DNA from: Octopus sinensis
Lineage: Eukaryota
Length of the DNA stretch: 64,000 bases
Assembly (NCBI RefSeq): GCF_006345805.1
Contig: NC_043006.1
Location: forward strand, 53,940,001 to 54,004,000
Direction of reading: 5' to 3'
Below, one piece after another: positions 1 to 13,120 of this stretch. Numbering within the stretch: position 1 is the stretch's first letter; each line of letters starts with the position of its first letter. Made by a program: the position numbers and the translations under genes. The notes under the pieces were generated by a model. That model did no database searches, was not told the origin of the DNA, and was given only the letters and a program-made list of their open reading frames with translations.

Positions 1-369
1 TTGAGGGAGAGGATAGTCACAGTATTTGACAGATGCTTTATTTTATAGACCGAAGAAGGATGAAAGTGAAGGCGACATCGGTGGACTTCAAACTCGAAAT
101 GTAAAGAGCCAGACCAAATACTGCAAAGCATCTTGTCCGTCAATCTACCGATTCTGCCATTTCACTCACCGATAATGATAATCTTATCTCTAATCTTTTA
201 AAAGAATCCTCGCATTTTCAGCACAAAAGTATTTAGCTGAACGACTAAACATTGTTCAATGATCTGCTGTTCCTTATGATCCATGGCATTGTCTATGCCG
301 TGATTAAACTACACACTCGGAATGCGCACTGTTTGACTCTTTGCACGAGTTGTACTATCTTCATTATCA

Positions 370-607
370 TTAACACATTATCTATCCTGTGTATTGCATG
401 AAATACACAGGGTATATTTGCCTGGTATCTGTGCATCATATCAGATACACATTCACCAATTTTTTCAGTTACCAGATTGACTTGGGACATATGAAAGGAA
501 AACTTATATTTCTCAGAACGTATGAAACAAAGGCTAATTAAGTCTGAAAACATGTATGGACGTAGAGGACAATCTTATGAAAATTCTTTGGACAGGCAAA
601 GAATTAA
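370..607. mobile_element. piggyBac-type MITE, copy 1 (degenerate)
   Basis: TTAA at both ends (370-373, 604-607); right end ggacaggcaaagaa; internal sequence homologous to 911-1151. Confidence 0.6.
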
Positions 608-910
608 TAGAGACGTTGACGAGGACCTACACTAATGAAAAAAAAAATTAAAAGTAAAATTGTAGTAGAGAGTTGAATTTTTGATTAGTTTATGAAATTA
701 GAAACTTCATATTCCAGCCTGTACTGATGGATTGTATGGAGTTCATCCGGGGTGATATTCTCGATGGTTTGTAGTCTCCTGATTATCACTATTAGACACG
801 TCGAAGGAGATCTACACTAATAAAAAGAAATTCAATAGAAAATTGAATCTGTGATCGGTTTACAAAATTAATTAATCGTACCAATCAGACTCAACTGAAG
901 ATATCATGAA

Positions 911-1151
911 TTAACATTTTGCCTGTCCTGTGTATCACATGTGACACACGGAACATATTTCTTTGGCGTCTATGCATTATATATGATACACAGTCCAAAT
1001 TGCTTTCAATTACCAGGGTAACTTGAAACTTATGAAAGAAAGGCTTTATATCATTCAGAACGTATAAAGCAAGGGCTGACTAAAAGTTTGAAAACAAGCA
1101 TGGTCGTTTAGGACAAACTTGTGAAAATGCTTAAGACAGGCAAAGGGTTAA
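911..1151. mobile_element. piggyBac-type MITE, copy 2
   Basis: TTAA-cattttgcctgtcc ... agacaggcaaaggg-TTAA: terminal inverted repeats with TTAA target duplication. Confidence 0.7.
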
Positions 1152-1814
1152 TTTGTACAAAGTATACGGGACGACATACAAGTGAGTCTAAGTGATCAAC
1201 TACTTGAAATAGCAACCAACTCTTTCAAAGAAAGGAAGGTCATGTTGGCTAATGTATTACTATATATACACGTAACAATGAATGGGCTCTGATGGAATGC
1301 CTTTGTTCATAGAACAGCTCGATCAGGACTGAATTGTAATGCAGTTAAACAACAACAGCAACAGCAGCAGAGACAGCAGTAGATGCCGAGAGAGCAGCAA
1401 CAGCAGCAATTTCAGTGATACATTTCTAATAAGTAAAACAACAGCTTGAACATAACTTTATCGAGATAATGATAGAAAGAACATGGCAGGCATAACCAAC
1501 AACACTATAAGCCTTACATTTTAACGTAACTCTATAACCCTCGTTCATCATACATGTCGTAGTAAAGTAAGCTATGATTATTTCTTGGGTTTAGAGGTGA
1601 AATGTTTTGGTTTACAAATGATAAATTGTTATGAATCTCGAGCTTTACAACTGATCTCAAGCAAGTCGTAATATTTGAAATAATAACAAAATACTACTGA
1701 AAGTTTCAGCAGCCGTTATTACTCGCAAATTACAGAAGTAACTAGATCCAAATCCAATTGTATACTTTGTCATCGGAATACTACATAACATTCGGGACAT
1801 GAGATATATATATA

Positions 1815-1846
<32 letters not shown>

Positions 1847-1850
<4 letters not shown>

Positions 1851-1988
1851 CAAAATGGGACAAGAACGCAAAACATTCAAATAGATGATACAAAAAACAC
1901 GGACGGGTCTTTCGAAGCCTCTAATCTTCAGTCAAGAACCGGATCATCCTCGCAATTTCGGCTGATTAATCTTGTACGTACACCTTGT

Positions 1989-1992
<4 letters not shown>
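1847..1992 (-). mobile_element. PLE pseudo-LTR-like short unit in (TA)n
   Basis: Flanked by (TA)n; related to 23562-23657 and 10460-10622; only a half-hammerhead (cagccGAAA on minus) remains. Confidence 0.4.
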
Positions 1993-2063
<71 letters not shown>

Positions 2064-2156
2064 TATATATATATAATAAGGGTAAAATTAATTAATTAAT
2101 AATTAATATTTTACCAAGTAGTTCAGTATGTCAAAAAACATTATCGGTAAACTTAT

Positions 2157-2433
2157 ACATAAAATTTTATAATTATGAGTATATTATAATTAGGGTTCAG
2201 CAAAAATTTACTTCACCACATACCGAAATTTAGAAATAGCAGTTAAAACCCGGATAGATTCGTTTTTTTTTTCTCTTTACCTGCGTGGGTTGTTGAGTAT
2301 TACTATCTGAGAGATTTTCTTCTAGTAGTGAAATAGTTGCTTTAAACTGGTATTTCTAAATTTCGGTATGTGGCGAAGCAAATTTTTGCTGAACCCTAAT
2401 TATAATTATACTTATAATTATAAAATTGTATGT
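2157..2433. repeat. Foldback inverted repeat, ~92 bp arms
   Basis: 2157-2248 is the near-perfect reverse complement of 2341-2433 (ttagggttcagcaaaaattt / aaatttttgctgaaccctaa; cataccgaaatttagaaata / tatttctaaatttcggtatg). Confidence 0.9.
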
Positions 2434-2865
2434 GTGGCTGTGTGGTAAGTAGCTTGTTTACCAACCACATGGTTCCGGGTTCAGTCCCACTGCGTGGCAC
2501 CTTGGGCAAGTGTCTTCTACTATAGCCTCGGGCCGACCAAAGCCTTGTGAGTGGATTTGGTAGACGGAAACTGAAAGAAGCCCGTCGTATATATATATAT
2601 ATATAATATATATATAATATATATATATATATATTGCGTGTGTGTGTTGTTGTGTGTCTGTGTTTGTCCCCCTAGCATTGCTTGACAACCGATGCTGGTG
2701 TGTTTATGTCCCCGTTACTTAGCGGTTCGGCAAAAAGAGACGGATAGAATAAGTACTGGACTTACAAAAGAATAAGTCCCGGGGTCGAGTTGCTCGATTA
2801 AAGGCGGTGCTCCAGCATGGCCGCAGTCAAATGACTGAAACAAGTAACAGAGAGATAACAGAGAT
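2433..2865 (+). mobile_element. tRNA-headed SINE family A
   Basis: A-box-like tggctgtgtggt, B-box-like ggttcagtccc, internal (TA)/(TG) tract, tail ggcggtgctccagcatggccgcagtcaaatgactgaaac; many copies in window. Confidence 0.9.
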
Positions 2866-4386
2866 ATATATAAATACTATGTACAAGTTCTTCAATTCAG
2901 CATCTACAAATGCGAACGCTACTTCTTGAGTTCGAACGAGGTTAACCAAAACTTGATATAAAATGACAATTGAAAAGAATATGAAGAGAAGATTACAAAT
3001 TATCTTAAGATACCAATTTTAAAATGTACAAATATAGTGTATATTGAAATACAGAAGGGTTGTCATAGCTAAGGTTATTCGATACCAGCCCACTAAACAA
3101 AAGACCAACATCATTGATTTTTTTAGTAGCGTAGCTCGTCTGATGAGCTATGTTTCACGAGGTTCGCCTGATAATGAGCCATATCTCATGCGATCCACCT
3201 AATGATGAGCTATGCCGCATGCAGCCCGCTTCCCGGAAAAATTTACCTGTGATACTTTTCTTTCGGAGACACAGGAAGTTTAAGCAATATCTCCTCCTAA
3301 CTGCATTTATTTTCAAGAAATTTAGAATAGTTGATATTAATGGAGTTATCTGCCCTACTTGCTTTTAGATTTCAAATATCCTCTGTGGGTGTTTTAGTTT
3401 TCTAATTACAAAATGAATCTCAAGAAATCGAAGTCTTTCAATTCATATTACATTTTAATGACTCCATCACACACAAAGCATGGCATTGCTAACTAGCTAA
3501 AAGATAGAGAGATAGAGAGAGAGAGACGGGGGAGAAAGAGATACAGACAGACAGAGAAAGAGAGAGAGAGAGGCCACAAAATTAGGTTTGCCCATTGAAA
3601 ACCTCTTTTCCTAATCCCCCACCACCACTTTTTCTTTTTATTTCAGTAAAAAAAAATTATCTACCACTTAGTAAATCTTATCGCAAAAGTCCTTCTTAAT
3701 GAAATCAATCTAATGTTGACACTTGTAGAAAATAAACGAGGCAACAAATCAAGTATTCGAAGAAAAAAAACAGGGACTTTTATAAACTCATTTTCTTTTC
3801 GTTTACATTTATTTATTTGTTTGTTTGTTTGTTTGTTTCGTATTTTCTTTCCGTTTAATCTGTATCTTTTGTATACAATTATATCAGTGGTGGTTAGATG
3901 TCTTTCGAGAGGTGTTACAAAGTTCATTGCTCTATGATTATTATTTTGTTGTTTTTTTATTTTTTTATATATTACATTTGAGATAAAATTACTAAGGAAA
4001 GGTCTTCAACTGTGAGAGTAAAACCTTACGGAAGATGAATTTGGCTCCCTTTGAAAACAAAAGTCATTGATTTTTAGAATAGATTTCTTTGATTTGGGGC
4101 AGAACAGCGAAGAAAAGATAAATAAATCAATTTTAGCGTGGATGCACATGAATGAATAACTTTTTGCACAGTAGTCACCTTAAGCATTAATTTATGGATG
4201 AGAAATACATAAATATCTATTTAAAATACACCTCTTCCTCTTCTCTCTCTCTCTCTATTTCTCATGTCTTCCTTTATCATTATATCTTTATTATACATAG
4301 TTGCAAAAACATTAGATATGTATACACTGAGCTGTATATATATAGTATGTGTAAACACACCAGTGCACATACACTTTCAAATATTG

Positions 4387-4819
4387 GGATCTTTTCGGTT
4401 TGAACGGCAGTTTTTTTCTAGTGGTGTCATATGAAATTGTCACCCATAATTATGACCCTAGTATCGATCTATTGCATTTCAATCTGTTTTAGGGTTAGGG
4501 TTAGTTAGGGGTAGGGGTAGGGGTAAGGGAAAGGGTATCTTTTTTTTTTCACAAATGTAAATAAACCCAATCTGTTTCTTAAACGAGGGACATATTCATA
4601 CGACGCAGAATGTTTTTAACTCAATGGACGTCAGTGATTGGTTGAAATTGCAGAAATTGAAGAAATTAAAGACCAAATATCTTACAAATTATAGAATTTT
4701 CTCAATAAAGCTAAGAGAAAAAGATGTTTTATAAATACATTCTACCAGTATACGAAGTTTAAAATTTTTTAGTTACCTAGAAATTATGTTAAAAACTGCC
4801 GTTCAAACCGAAAAGATCC
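4387..4819. mobile_element. Non-autonomous DNA transposon (MITE) with GGATC termini, 8-bp TSD and internal TTAGGG-like repeats
   Basis: TIR ggatcttttcggtttgaacggcagttttt / aaaaactgccgttcaaaccgaaaagatcc; TSD aaatattg at 4379-4386 and 4820-4827. Confidence 0.9.
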
Positions 4820-4879
4820 AAATATTGTAATAAACACACACACACACACACACACACATACATACATACATACACACAC

Positions 4880-4910
<31 letters not shown>

Positions 4911-5218
4911 CAACACACACACACACACACACAACACACACATGCTTGTGCGTGTAAGGTAAAGTACTGACAGAAGCAGAAGGTCATGAATTCGGGGAGA
5001 GGTAACAGTCGATGGTATCGACTCCACTATTCAAATGGTACTTTATTTTTAATAAAATGGCAAGGATGATTATGCTGAGATTTGAACTCAGAATGTAAAG
5101 TATTGTAACTGAATACCACAAGGTAGATTGGCCATCACTCCGCTCTCACTCGAGTTATCAAAAAGTAATTAAAACATATTTTACTGTAATTACTCCGAAT
5201 TTTTGCGGTGTCGATTTT

Positions 5219-5380
5219 CGATCTCTCTCTCTCTTTCTCTCTCTCCCTCTCTCTTTCTCTCTCTCTCCCTCTCTCTTTCTCTCTCTCTCCCTCTCTCTTT
5301 CTCTCTCTCTCCCTCTCTCTTTCTCTCTCTCTCTTTCTCTCCCTCTCTCTCTCTCTCTCTCTCTCCTCTCTCTTTCTTGT
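5219..5380. repeat. (CT)n polypyrimidine microsatellite
   Basis: Direct observation; representative of dozens of (TA)n, (CA)n, (CT)n, (TAGA)n, (TACA)n and (TAA)n tracts. Confidence 0.95.
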
Positions 5381-6413
5381 TTGTTAGTACTACTCTGACC
5401 GGTTCATGCGAAAGTCCAACACGTCATACGTACGTACGTACCTACATACATCCTACATACATCATACATCATACATACATACATACATAAAAATACAAAT
5501 ACATACATACATACGACGTACGTACATACATAAGTAGATGCATAGGTAAGTACGTACATACATGTATACACAAATAAATATGTTGAAACTGATACAAATA
5601 CACGTATACACATGTATGTAAAGGTATACGGACGCATACAAATACACAAATATACCGACAGGCGTACGTACATCTGAATGTCCATATGTACACATGCACA
5701 CATACATACGCTCACAAAAACAAATACACACACACACACATATACGCGCGTGCACGAACACACATATACGTACGTACACACGCACACGCATACGCATACG
5801 CTCATACTGTTGCATGCCAAAAGTTGTTTGATCGTTATGTAATGTAACCTCGGCGAAAGATAAGATAAAGAACGACTGGTTGTTTGTACGACACGTGTCT
5901 CCTGCCCTTGGACCTTTCCTTCTGGGCTGAGTCTGATACGAAGAAAGCCATTCAGATGTCTTTTAGATTACTTGTGCTTCCTTTATAAAATCTCTCTCTC
6001 TCTCTCTTTTCCATACGCACGCATATATTTATACACAAACGCATTTATACATACAAGCATCCACACATATATTTACGTTTGAAAACTAAATATATGAAGT
6101 TTGAAAACTAAATATATACAGATTAAAGGAACCAGCTGTCTATGTTACTAAATAGATTCAAACAACAACAATAACGGTAGCAGCAGCAACACCAACAACA
6201 ACAAATCATACACAAGATGGTTTCAGTTCAAAACAACTCACAGAATACATACTCCACATCAGGCCTTTTCATACTTTTCTAATCGTCCCTCACATTACAC
6301 ACGTTTCTTTTAAAGAAATTTGTCACAACACCTCTACCACCATTCCATACAAACACACATTTGGTTGGTCTTCTTTGTTTGAAGGAAATTCCACATTATT
6401 TTCAGTAAATTTA

Positions 6414-6610
6414 AGGCGACGAACAGGCAAAATGGTTACGGTGCCGAATAAATTGCTTAGCGGCATTAATTCTGGTTTTCATATTGTAAGTTTGACTGCC
6501 TTTCATCCATTCGGGGTAGATAAATTGAATAACAATTGAGCACTGTGGTCGATGTAATGGACTTCCCATTCCTTCAAAATTGTTGGCCTTATACGCAAGT
6601 TAGGATTATT
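6414..6610 (+). mobile_element. SINE family B (degenerate)
   Basis: ggcgacgaacaggc head and gcctttcatccattcgggg core as in 34807-35036. Confidence 0.65.
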
Positions 6611-8015
6611 TCCAGTAAAATTAAACATTGGCGATTTTCTCTGCGAAAGACTAGATAGACACTTGATTCTTATCCAGAGAGCCTTCACACTCCTGATCTC
6701 AATAAAATTTTGATGAACTTAGATTCCATTTGCGAATAGGGAGTTATTAAATAATTGAGTGGACGGATGTTAATAAAATCAATCATTTTAATTGCATCTT
6801 CTAACACATTCAGCACTGCAGAAATTTCTTTAAACAATAAAATGTCTTGATGAATCATATTGGGTTGTCCGGAAAGTTTCGTGCCGATTTTTAAAGGAAA
6901 GAGAAAGGTCAATAAATACTTGCCATTACATTTTTAATCAACCAAATATGAACCATTTTGTTTCACAATGCGTCTCCATCTTTCCTTTAACTTGAAAATA
7001 CCCTCTTCCCAGAATTGAGGTGGTTTCATGGCAAAGAATTCATCAACGTATCTTTTTACGTCATCCAAGGAATTGAATTTTTTACCATTAAGACTATTCT
7101 GCAGAGACCTGAGTAAGTGGAAATCCGAAGGAGCAATATCTGGTGAATATGGAGAGTGGGGTAACACATCTTAGCCGAGTTGCAGCAATTTTTGTCTGGT
7201 TCCTAAAGCATCAAGTGCCGAAAATGAACTTTCTTATCTTCCATTTTAAAGGGTTACAGAGTTAACACAGGTTATAGGAACATAAACCTTCTTCCAGGAA
7301 AAGATAGCTTAAACTGTGCTTTAAATGGAGATGTTGTCAAATCCTATTTTATGGACTCAACCATGTTCTAAAATAAGTCGAAAGGTAAGCTGCTATAAAT
7401 CGGCACGAACTTTCCGGACAACCCAATACAATGAGTGAAAGCGTTAGGATTTTTGTTTATAGATTTTATTTTAACTTGAAATGCAATTATCCTTCCTGCC
7501 ATAGCTGTTGTACCATCAGTACATGTTCTAGCACAGTTATTCCGCATTCAAATATCTGAAGGAATCGCCTACATTTTGAAAAATATTTCCACATACCATA
7601 CGTTCATCTGAAGATCAACAGAACAAGTCTTCTTGAACAAGTTTTCAGGACATATATCAATAATTGTGCTAAGTTTGAAATGTCAGCCATTTCATCCAAC
7701 TGACTTGCAAATTTAGTGGGTTTTTTAAAATTTTTTACTTCTTCCAATAAATTTCTCCAATTGATCCGCGTTAATTTCTAAACTACGACTACCAACAGTA
7801 TTACTTGACAAAGGAACATTCCTCAATTCATTTGCATATTTTTTCCATGAGCAATTACAGCTATCGTAATCACTTCAGGTAACACAGGTTCTTCACCGAT
7901 ACGGCATGTTTTCCTTTTTAGTTTTTGCAATTAAATAAACAGCTTTGAAATATGCCCTTAAAAGTATTTCACTGTATCTAAAGGGGGAATATATGTTCTG
8001 CAGGAGATTCTGTTA
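6610..8015 (-). pseudogene. Decayed hAT (Charlie/Buster-like) transposase, interrupted by a mariner
   Basis: Minus-strand motifs VPLSSNTV, LDEMADISNLAQLL, CTDGTTAMAG, FTHC|MIHQ and IKMIDFINIRPLN; multiple stops and frameshifts. Confidence 0.85.
6860..7426 (-). mobile_element. Internally deleted mariner
   Basis: TIRs ttgggttgtccggaaagtttcgtgccgattt / aaatcggcacgaactttccggacaacccaa; TA TSD; ORF 6934-7167 with HSPYSPDIAPSDFHL and C-terminal NGSY. Confidence 0.95.
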
Positions 8016-8152
8016 GCTTTTCATATATATATATATATATATATTTAGGTGCACTAAACATATTTATTTAGTGTAGTACCACAGCTACTACAACTATCAC
8101 CACCATCATCACGAGCACTACTACTACTACTACCACCACCATCACCTGCACC

Positions 8153-8206
<54 letters not shown>

Positions 8207-8250
8207 ACATATATAAATATATATATACACATGTATACATATATATATAT

Positions 8251-8285
<35 letters not shown>

Positions 8286-8307
8286 TTAGATATATATATA
8301 TACACAT

Positions 8308-8344
<37 letters not shown>

Positions 8345-8480
8345 CTAGCACTATGACCCGGCGTTGCTGGGTCATAGTGCTAGTGCATGCATATACAGCT
8401 GCGTGCATGCGCACATACACGCGAGTACTGTCCAAATCTCCGACCAATCACATACAGGTAGCTGGCATTCAATTGGCGTA
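8345..8480 (-). mobile_element. Helitron-like 3' end fragment with palindromic terminator
   Basis: ctagcactatgaccc-ggcgttgct-gggtcatagtgctag; same terminus at 10673. Confidence 0.6.
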
Positions 8481-8492
8481 TATATATATTTA

Positions 8493-8862
8493 GGTGACTG
8501 CGTAGTAAGAAGCTTACTTCCCAAGCACATGGTTCCAGGTTCAGTTCACTGCGTGACACCTTGAGCAGGTATCTACTCTTATAGCCTCAGACAGACCAAA
8601 ACTTTTCTAGTGGATTTAGTAGACGAAAACTGAAATGGGGGGGGAGTGAAAGAGAGAGAGAGAGTCTGTCCCACACCACCACTGACAACCGGTGTTGGTT
8701 TGTTTACGTCCCCGTAACATAGTGGTTCGGCAAAAGACACCGATAGAATAAGTACCAGGATTTTAAAAAAAGTAAGCACTGGGGTTGACTCCTTTGACTA
8801 AAAATTCTTGGAGGCGATCCCTCAGCGTGGCTGCAGTCTAATGACTGAAGTAAGAAAAAGAT
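8493..8862 (+). mobile_element. SINE family A
   Basis: Homology to 2433-2865. Confidence 0.85.
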
Positions 8863-8869
8863 AACGCGA

Positions 8870-9203
8870 CACTCCGTCACTTCCGATCAACGGAACAGCC
8901 TGCTCGTGAAATTAACGTGTAAGTGGTTGAGCACTCCACAGACACGTGTACCCTTAACGTAGTTCTCGGGGGAGATTCAGTGTGACACTGAGTGTCACAA
9001 GGCTGGCCCTTTAAAATACAGGTGCAACAGAAACAAAAGAGTGAGAGAAAGTCGTGGTGAAAGGATACAGCAGGGTTCGCCACCACCCTCTGCCGGGGCC
9101 TTGTGGAGCTTTAGGTGCTTTCGCTCAATAAACACTCACAACGCCTGGTCTGGGAATCGAAACCGCGAGTCCGCTGCTCTAACCACTGTCTCATTGCCCC
9201 TCC
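8870..9203 (-). mobile_element. tRNA(Arg)-like-headed SINE family D, tail T1
   Basis: Head with ggtttcgattccc B-box on minus; body homologous to 53225-53576. Confidence 0.85.
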
Positions 9204-9464
9204 AAGTAAAAAATAGAATATATATTAGAAGAAATAAGGTACTCAGATATCTGGATGGTTTTATATTTACAGATTTTTATTAATATGTCACATGTTTTTA
9301 TAAATCATATATTAGCGCTTGCATCTACTCTAGTAGACTCTCCAGATTTGACTCTGGAGAGTCTACTCACCAGGTCACGATAACTATCACAACGAAAGCC
9401 ACTACCACCACCACGTATTTCTTAACCAAAACAACTGCCCAACACAACAACGTAAGACTACTAT

Positions 9465-9466
<2 letters not shown>

Positions 9467-9521
<55 letters not shown>

Positions 9522-9775
9522 ATCTAATACTATTACCACAACACTATCACCACCATTAACACTACCCTCACCTTCACGGCCATCACCACTAAAACCACTC
9601 CAACCACAACCGCCTCCATCACTGAAACCACAACAGCAACAAGCACAACCACCACTACCACCACCACCACCATCACCACCACCAACACCACCACCATCAC
9701 TACCACCAACACCATCATCATCATCATCATCATTATCATCATCATCATCCCCACCACCACCGCCATCAGCATTAA
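9467..9775. repeat. Compound trinucleotide microsatellite (ACT)n/(ACC)n/(ATC)n
   Basis: Direct observation; explains the poly-V/G/D/M ORFs at 9402-9785. Confidence 0.9.
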
Positions 9776-10214
9776 CCATTAGCAAAGTTTATTTTCAGAT
9801 TAATGTTCCTGAAAGAAACAGTTTTTATCTCTTGGAATTATATTTGGGCAAAGGTGGTGGAGGTGGTGATGGTGGGGTAACTAATTCGAAGAGGCTGAGT
9901 TTGCGGGGGTGAAAGGATGTGAGAGGAGAATGGTGAGTTATTTGAGTTTGAGGTGTTAGGGATAAGGGTGGCGAGGACCTTGTTTCCCTTTTTGTACTTT
10001 TCAGTTGAATACCTCTCTCTAATGTGTCGTCTGATAGGGCCCTTTAATGCAGTGTGGATGTGCCAGACTTTGTGTGTGTACGTGTGTGTGTGTGTGTGGT
10101 GTGTGTGTGTGTGTGTGCGCGCATGCGTGAATGTTACTATACGCCATCACGACTAGCCGAAGTATACACACACACACACACACACTCACACACACATACA
10201 CACATATTTACATA

Positions 10215-10433
10215 CAGGGTTGCCCAAAATCCTGAAAGGGTTTCAATTTTTGATAACTCCTCAAAGCTTTTGTTTTAAATTTACAATATCATACCATCAT
10301 ATACAGAATATAAAGGAGATATATAATGCAGACTTGCTGTGAAAATTCGTGTCTCATAATTTACCTTTAAAAGATAAAAATAATGAGAATTTATTTAAAT
10401 TTCAAAGTCCTCACCGACTTTTGGTCCATCCTG
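10215..10433. mobile_element. Tc1/mariner-type MITE (degenerate)
   Basis: TA-cagggttgcccaaaa ... ttttggtccatcctg-TA. Confidence 0.55.
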
Positions 10434-10631
10434 TATCAACATACACTCAATGGATATCACTGTCCGAAATAGTCATGACTTCTGGTACTTGACTGATGAA
10501 AGAAAGCCAAGAATGGCCCGTCCTTTTTTTGCCTGTCCTTCTAATTGTTGTTTCTCTTTCCCGCTTTTGTGTTGTCTATCTGTCCGAACGTTTTAATGCC
10601 CTCTATTCCGTTGTGTTCCGTTTATATATAG

Positions 10632-10671
<40 letters not shown>

Positions 10672-10672
10672 A

Positions 10673-11775
10673 CTAGCATTAAAGACCCGTCGTTGCCGGG
10701 TCATAGTGCTAGTGCATGTATATATGTGTATATATATATGTACATATTACATGTACATCTATATATATACATCTACACATAAAATACAAAATACAAAGTT
10801 ATATCTTGATATCGCTAGTGATAACAATACTCAAAATATATAACAGACTGGAATTGTTAGCCCGTCTCTTGTAATTTCAATCAATTGTATCTTGTCCTCC
10901 CTCATGTATAGAAGTGTGGACTTTCTTCTATCGAAGACATTTTAACAAAAATACTTCCGTGTAAACGGTGAAAATATTGTCAATTTCTCCAAACAGGGAC
11001 ACAATTCAATGTTTAAACAATATCCAAAGCTCCTTCTCCCAAAGGGGGGAGGGTACGGTTTACAATTATTTAACAAATACACCACAACAACGCTTCCCTT
11101 ACGATGAACCACCAAACGTGATAACAATGGTTAAACAGAAATAATAATAACAACAAACCTTACGGTAAACCAAAAAGCAGTACTCTGTTGAAGCTATAAG
11201 CCTTTATGGATCAGAAATAAACTAACAGCGGTACTCAGTAGAATGCTTAATGCTAGCTAATTAGCAAATAATCTAATGTAAAAGCCGTGCACACCTCCAT
11301 CTGGACTATTTCATTTCTGCACTTAAATTTTATTTTTCATTTATTCCCATGCATGTGAAACCACTGATTCAAGTTCAAGTCATTGCTGCAATTTTATACC
11401 AATTTCTATTTTTACTTTTGTTATGTTACGATAATATTATACTTTAGTTTGATTTTAATTATTACTTACTACATATAATTCAATTGTTATTATTATTTTT
11501 ATTGTTAAAGTGAAAGTATCTGACATAAAATAGAGAAATGTTTTTGTTTCACTTTTAACACGTAATACTGAAATAGTGGAGAAGATATGATATTGCCATG
11601 GGCTCGCTCTAGTCAAGAAGTTGAACATTTTTTTGCCCATGAAACTACATGGACCCTAAGTAAGGCATGTGTAAAATTTGAATGAAATTGGTTGTGTAGT
11701 TCCCAAGTTTTAGGGAAACACACAGGCAGACAGACAGACACACACACACACATTCTTAGTTTTATATATATAAAG

Positions 11776-11776
<1 letters not shown>
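10673..11776 (-). mobile_element. Non-autonomous Helitron-like element
   Basis: Minus strand starts TC-tttatatatataaaa followed by a (TG)/(GTCT) microsatellite; ends with a GC hairpin then CTAG; lies in (TA)n. Confidence 0.7.
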
Positions 11777-11836
<60 letters not shown>

Positions 11837-11904
11837 TGTGTGTGTGATCAGGATTCAAATGAATGCACCATTTTCCATCTGTTGCTCTGTTGTTTTATAT
11901 ATAT

Positions 11905-11972
<68 letters not shown>

Positions 11973-11984
11973 TATTCTTTCTTT

Positions 11985-12270
11985 GCGGCCACGCTGGGGC
12001 ACCTCCTTCAAGGATTTTGGTCGAATGAATCGCCCCCAGTACTTACATTTTTTTAAAGCCTGATTGGTGTCTTTTGCCGATTGTCAAGCGGCGGTGGGGT
12101 CAAGCACACCCTCACACACATATACACACAGACAAACGAGCGCGTTTGCCAAATCCACTCGCAAGGCTTTGATTGGTCCATGTTGATATAATAGAAGACA
12201 TTTGCCCAAGGTGCCACGCAGTGGGACTGAACCCGAAATCATGTGGTTGGGAAGCAAACTTCCTACCACA
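11985..12270 (-). mobile_element. SINE family A (internally deleted)
   Basis: Reverse-complement homology to 2433-2865. Confidence 0.8.
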
Positions 12271-12326
12271 CACACACACACACATACACATATATATAAA
12301 TTATATAAAAAGGATATAGATATATA

Positions 12327-12423
12327 CTAGGGTACTACATAAACACCTGCTTCGCTAAAAATAGAAGTCAAAATACTTCTAAGTCACTATTTTGACTTCT
12401 ATTTTTAGTGAAGCAGGTGCTAG
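12327..12423. repeat. CTAG-bounded 32-bp-stem hairpin
   Basis: 12344-12375 pairs with 12388-12419 (one G-T); CTAG at both ends. Confidence 0.85.
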
Positions 12424-12556
12424 TATATATAAATATATTTATATATCTTATATATAACTTATTAATTTGCCTGTACAGCTCGCAGCCACTAACGTTATTA
12501 TTTTCAGAAATAATATCATTCTTTTATATTTGCGTGTGTGTGTATGTGTGTGTGTG

Positions 12557-12627
<71 letters not shown>

Positions 12628-12899
12628 CATAATTAAGGAATGAAACACTTTCTGCCATGGCATTTGAAACCTTGATCAAACTTTTAGAAGATACGATTAT
12701 TAAATACGTAATTTTAATAATGAAAGCATTCCAAATATTTGTTGCATATAGGTGTGCATGTATGTATAACTACCACTCATTTAGAAATAGCCTTTCTACA
12801 TCTCCTTTCTTGACTAGTCACCCCAAATAGGGACCGTTTCAGATATTCAGCTGCTAAGAACAGATACTAAACTTTGATGTTGGGCAAAAAACCGAGAAG

Positions 12900-13120
12900 T
12901 GAGTGGTTAGGGTGTTGGACTCATAATCGTAAGATAGTGGTTTCGATTCCTGGACCGGGCGGTGCGCTGTGTTCTTGAACAAGTCATTTCATTTCACGTT
13001 GATCCAGTCCGTTCAGCCGGCAAAATGAGTAATTCTGCGACGGATCGGCGTCCCGTTCAGGTAGGGAATATATTCCACGAAAACCGGGAAACCGGGAAAC
13101 CTATGAGTCTATATGACTCA
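12900..13120 (+). mobile_element. tRNA-headed SINE family C, tail T5
   Basis: gtggttagggt...ggtttcgattcc head; catttcacgttg...ccagtcc..tcagc core as in 45825-46070. Confidence 0.75.

Noticed and set aside
608-870. Diverged ~70 bp direct repeat (610-690, 812-870)
   Set aside because: Old local duplication with no structural or functional cue
3125-3230. CTGATGAG as a hammerhead or C/D-box motif in ~33 bp degenerate repeats
   Set aside because: No stem II-GAAA or terminal stem; looks like a decayed minisatellite
10450-10525. Type II hammerhead (GAAA-ta-GTC ... CTGATGA); similar order at 1900-1970 and 52345-52400
   Set aside because: Stems I and II do not pair in that topology; at most half-motif remnants
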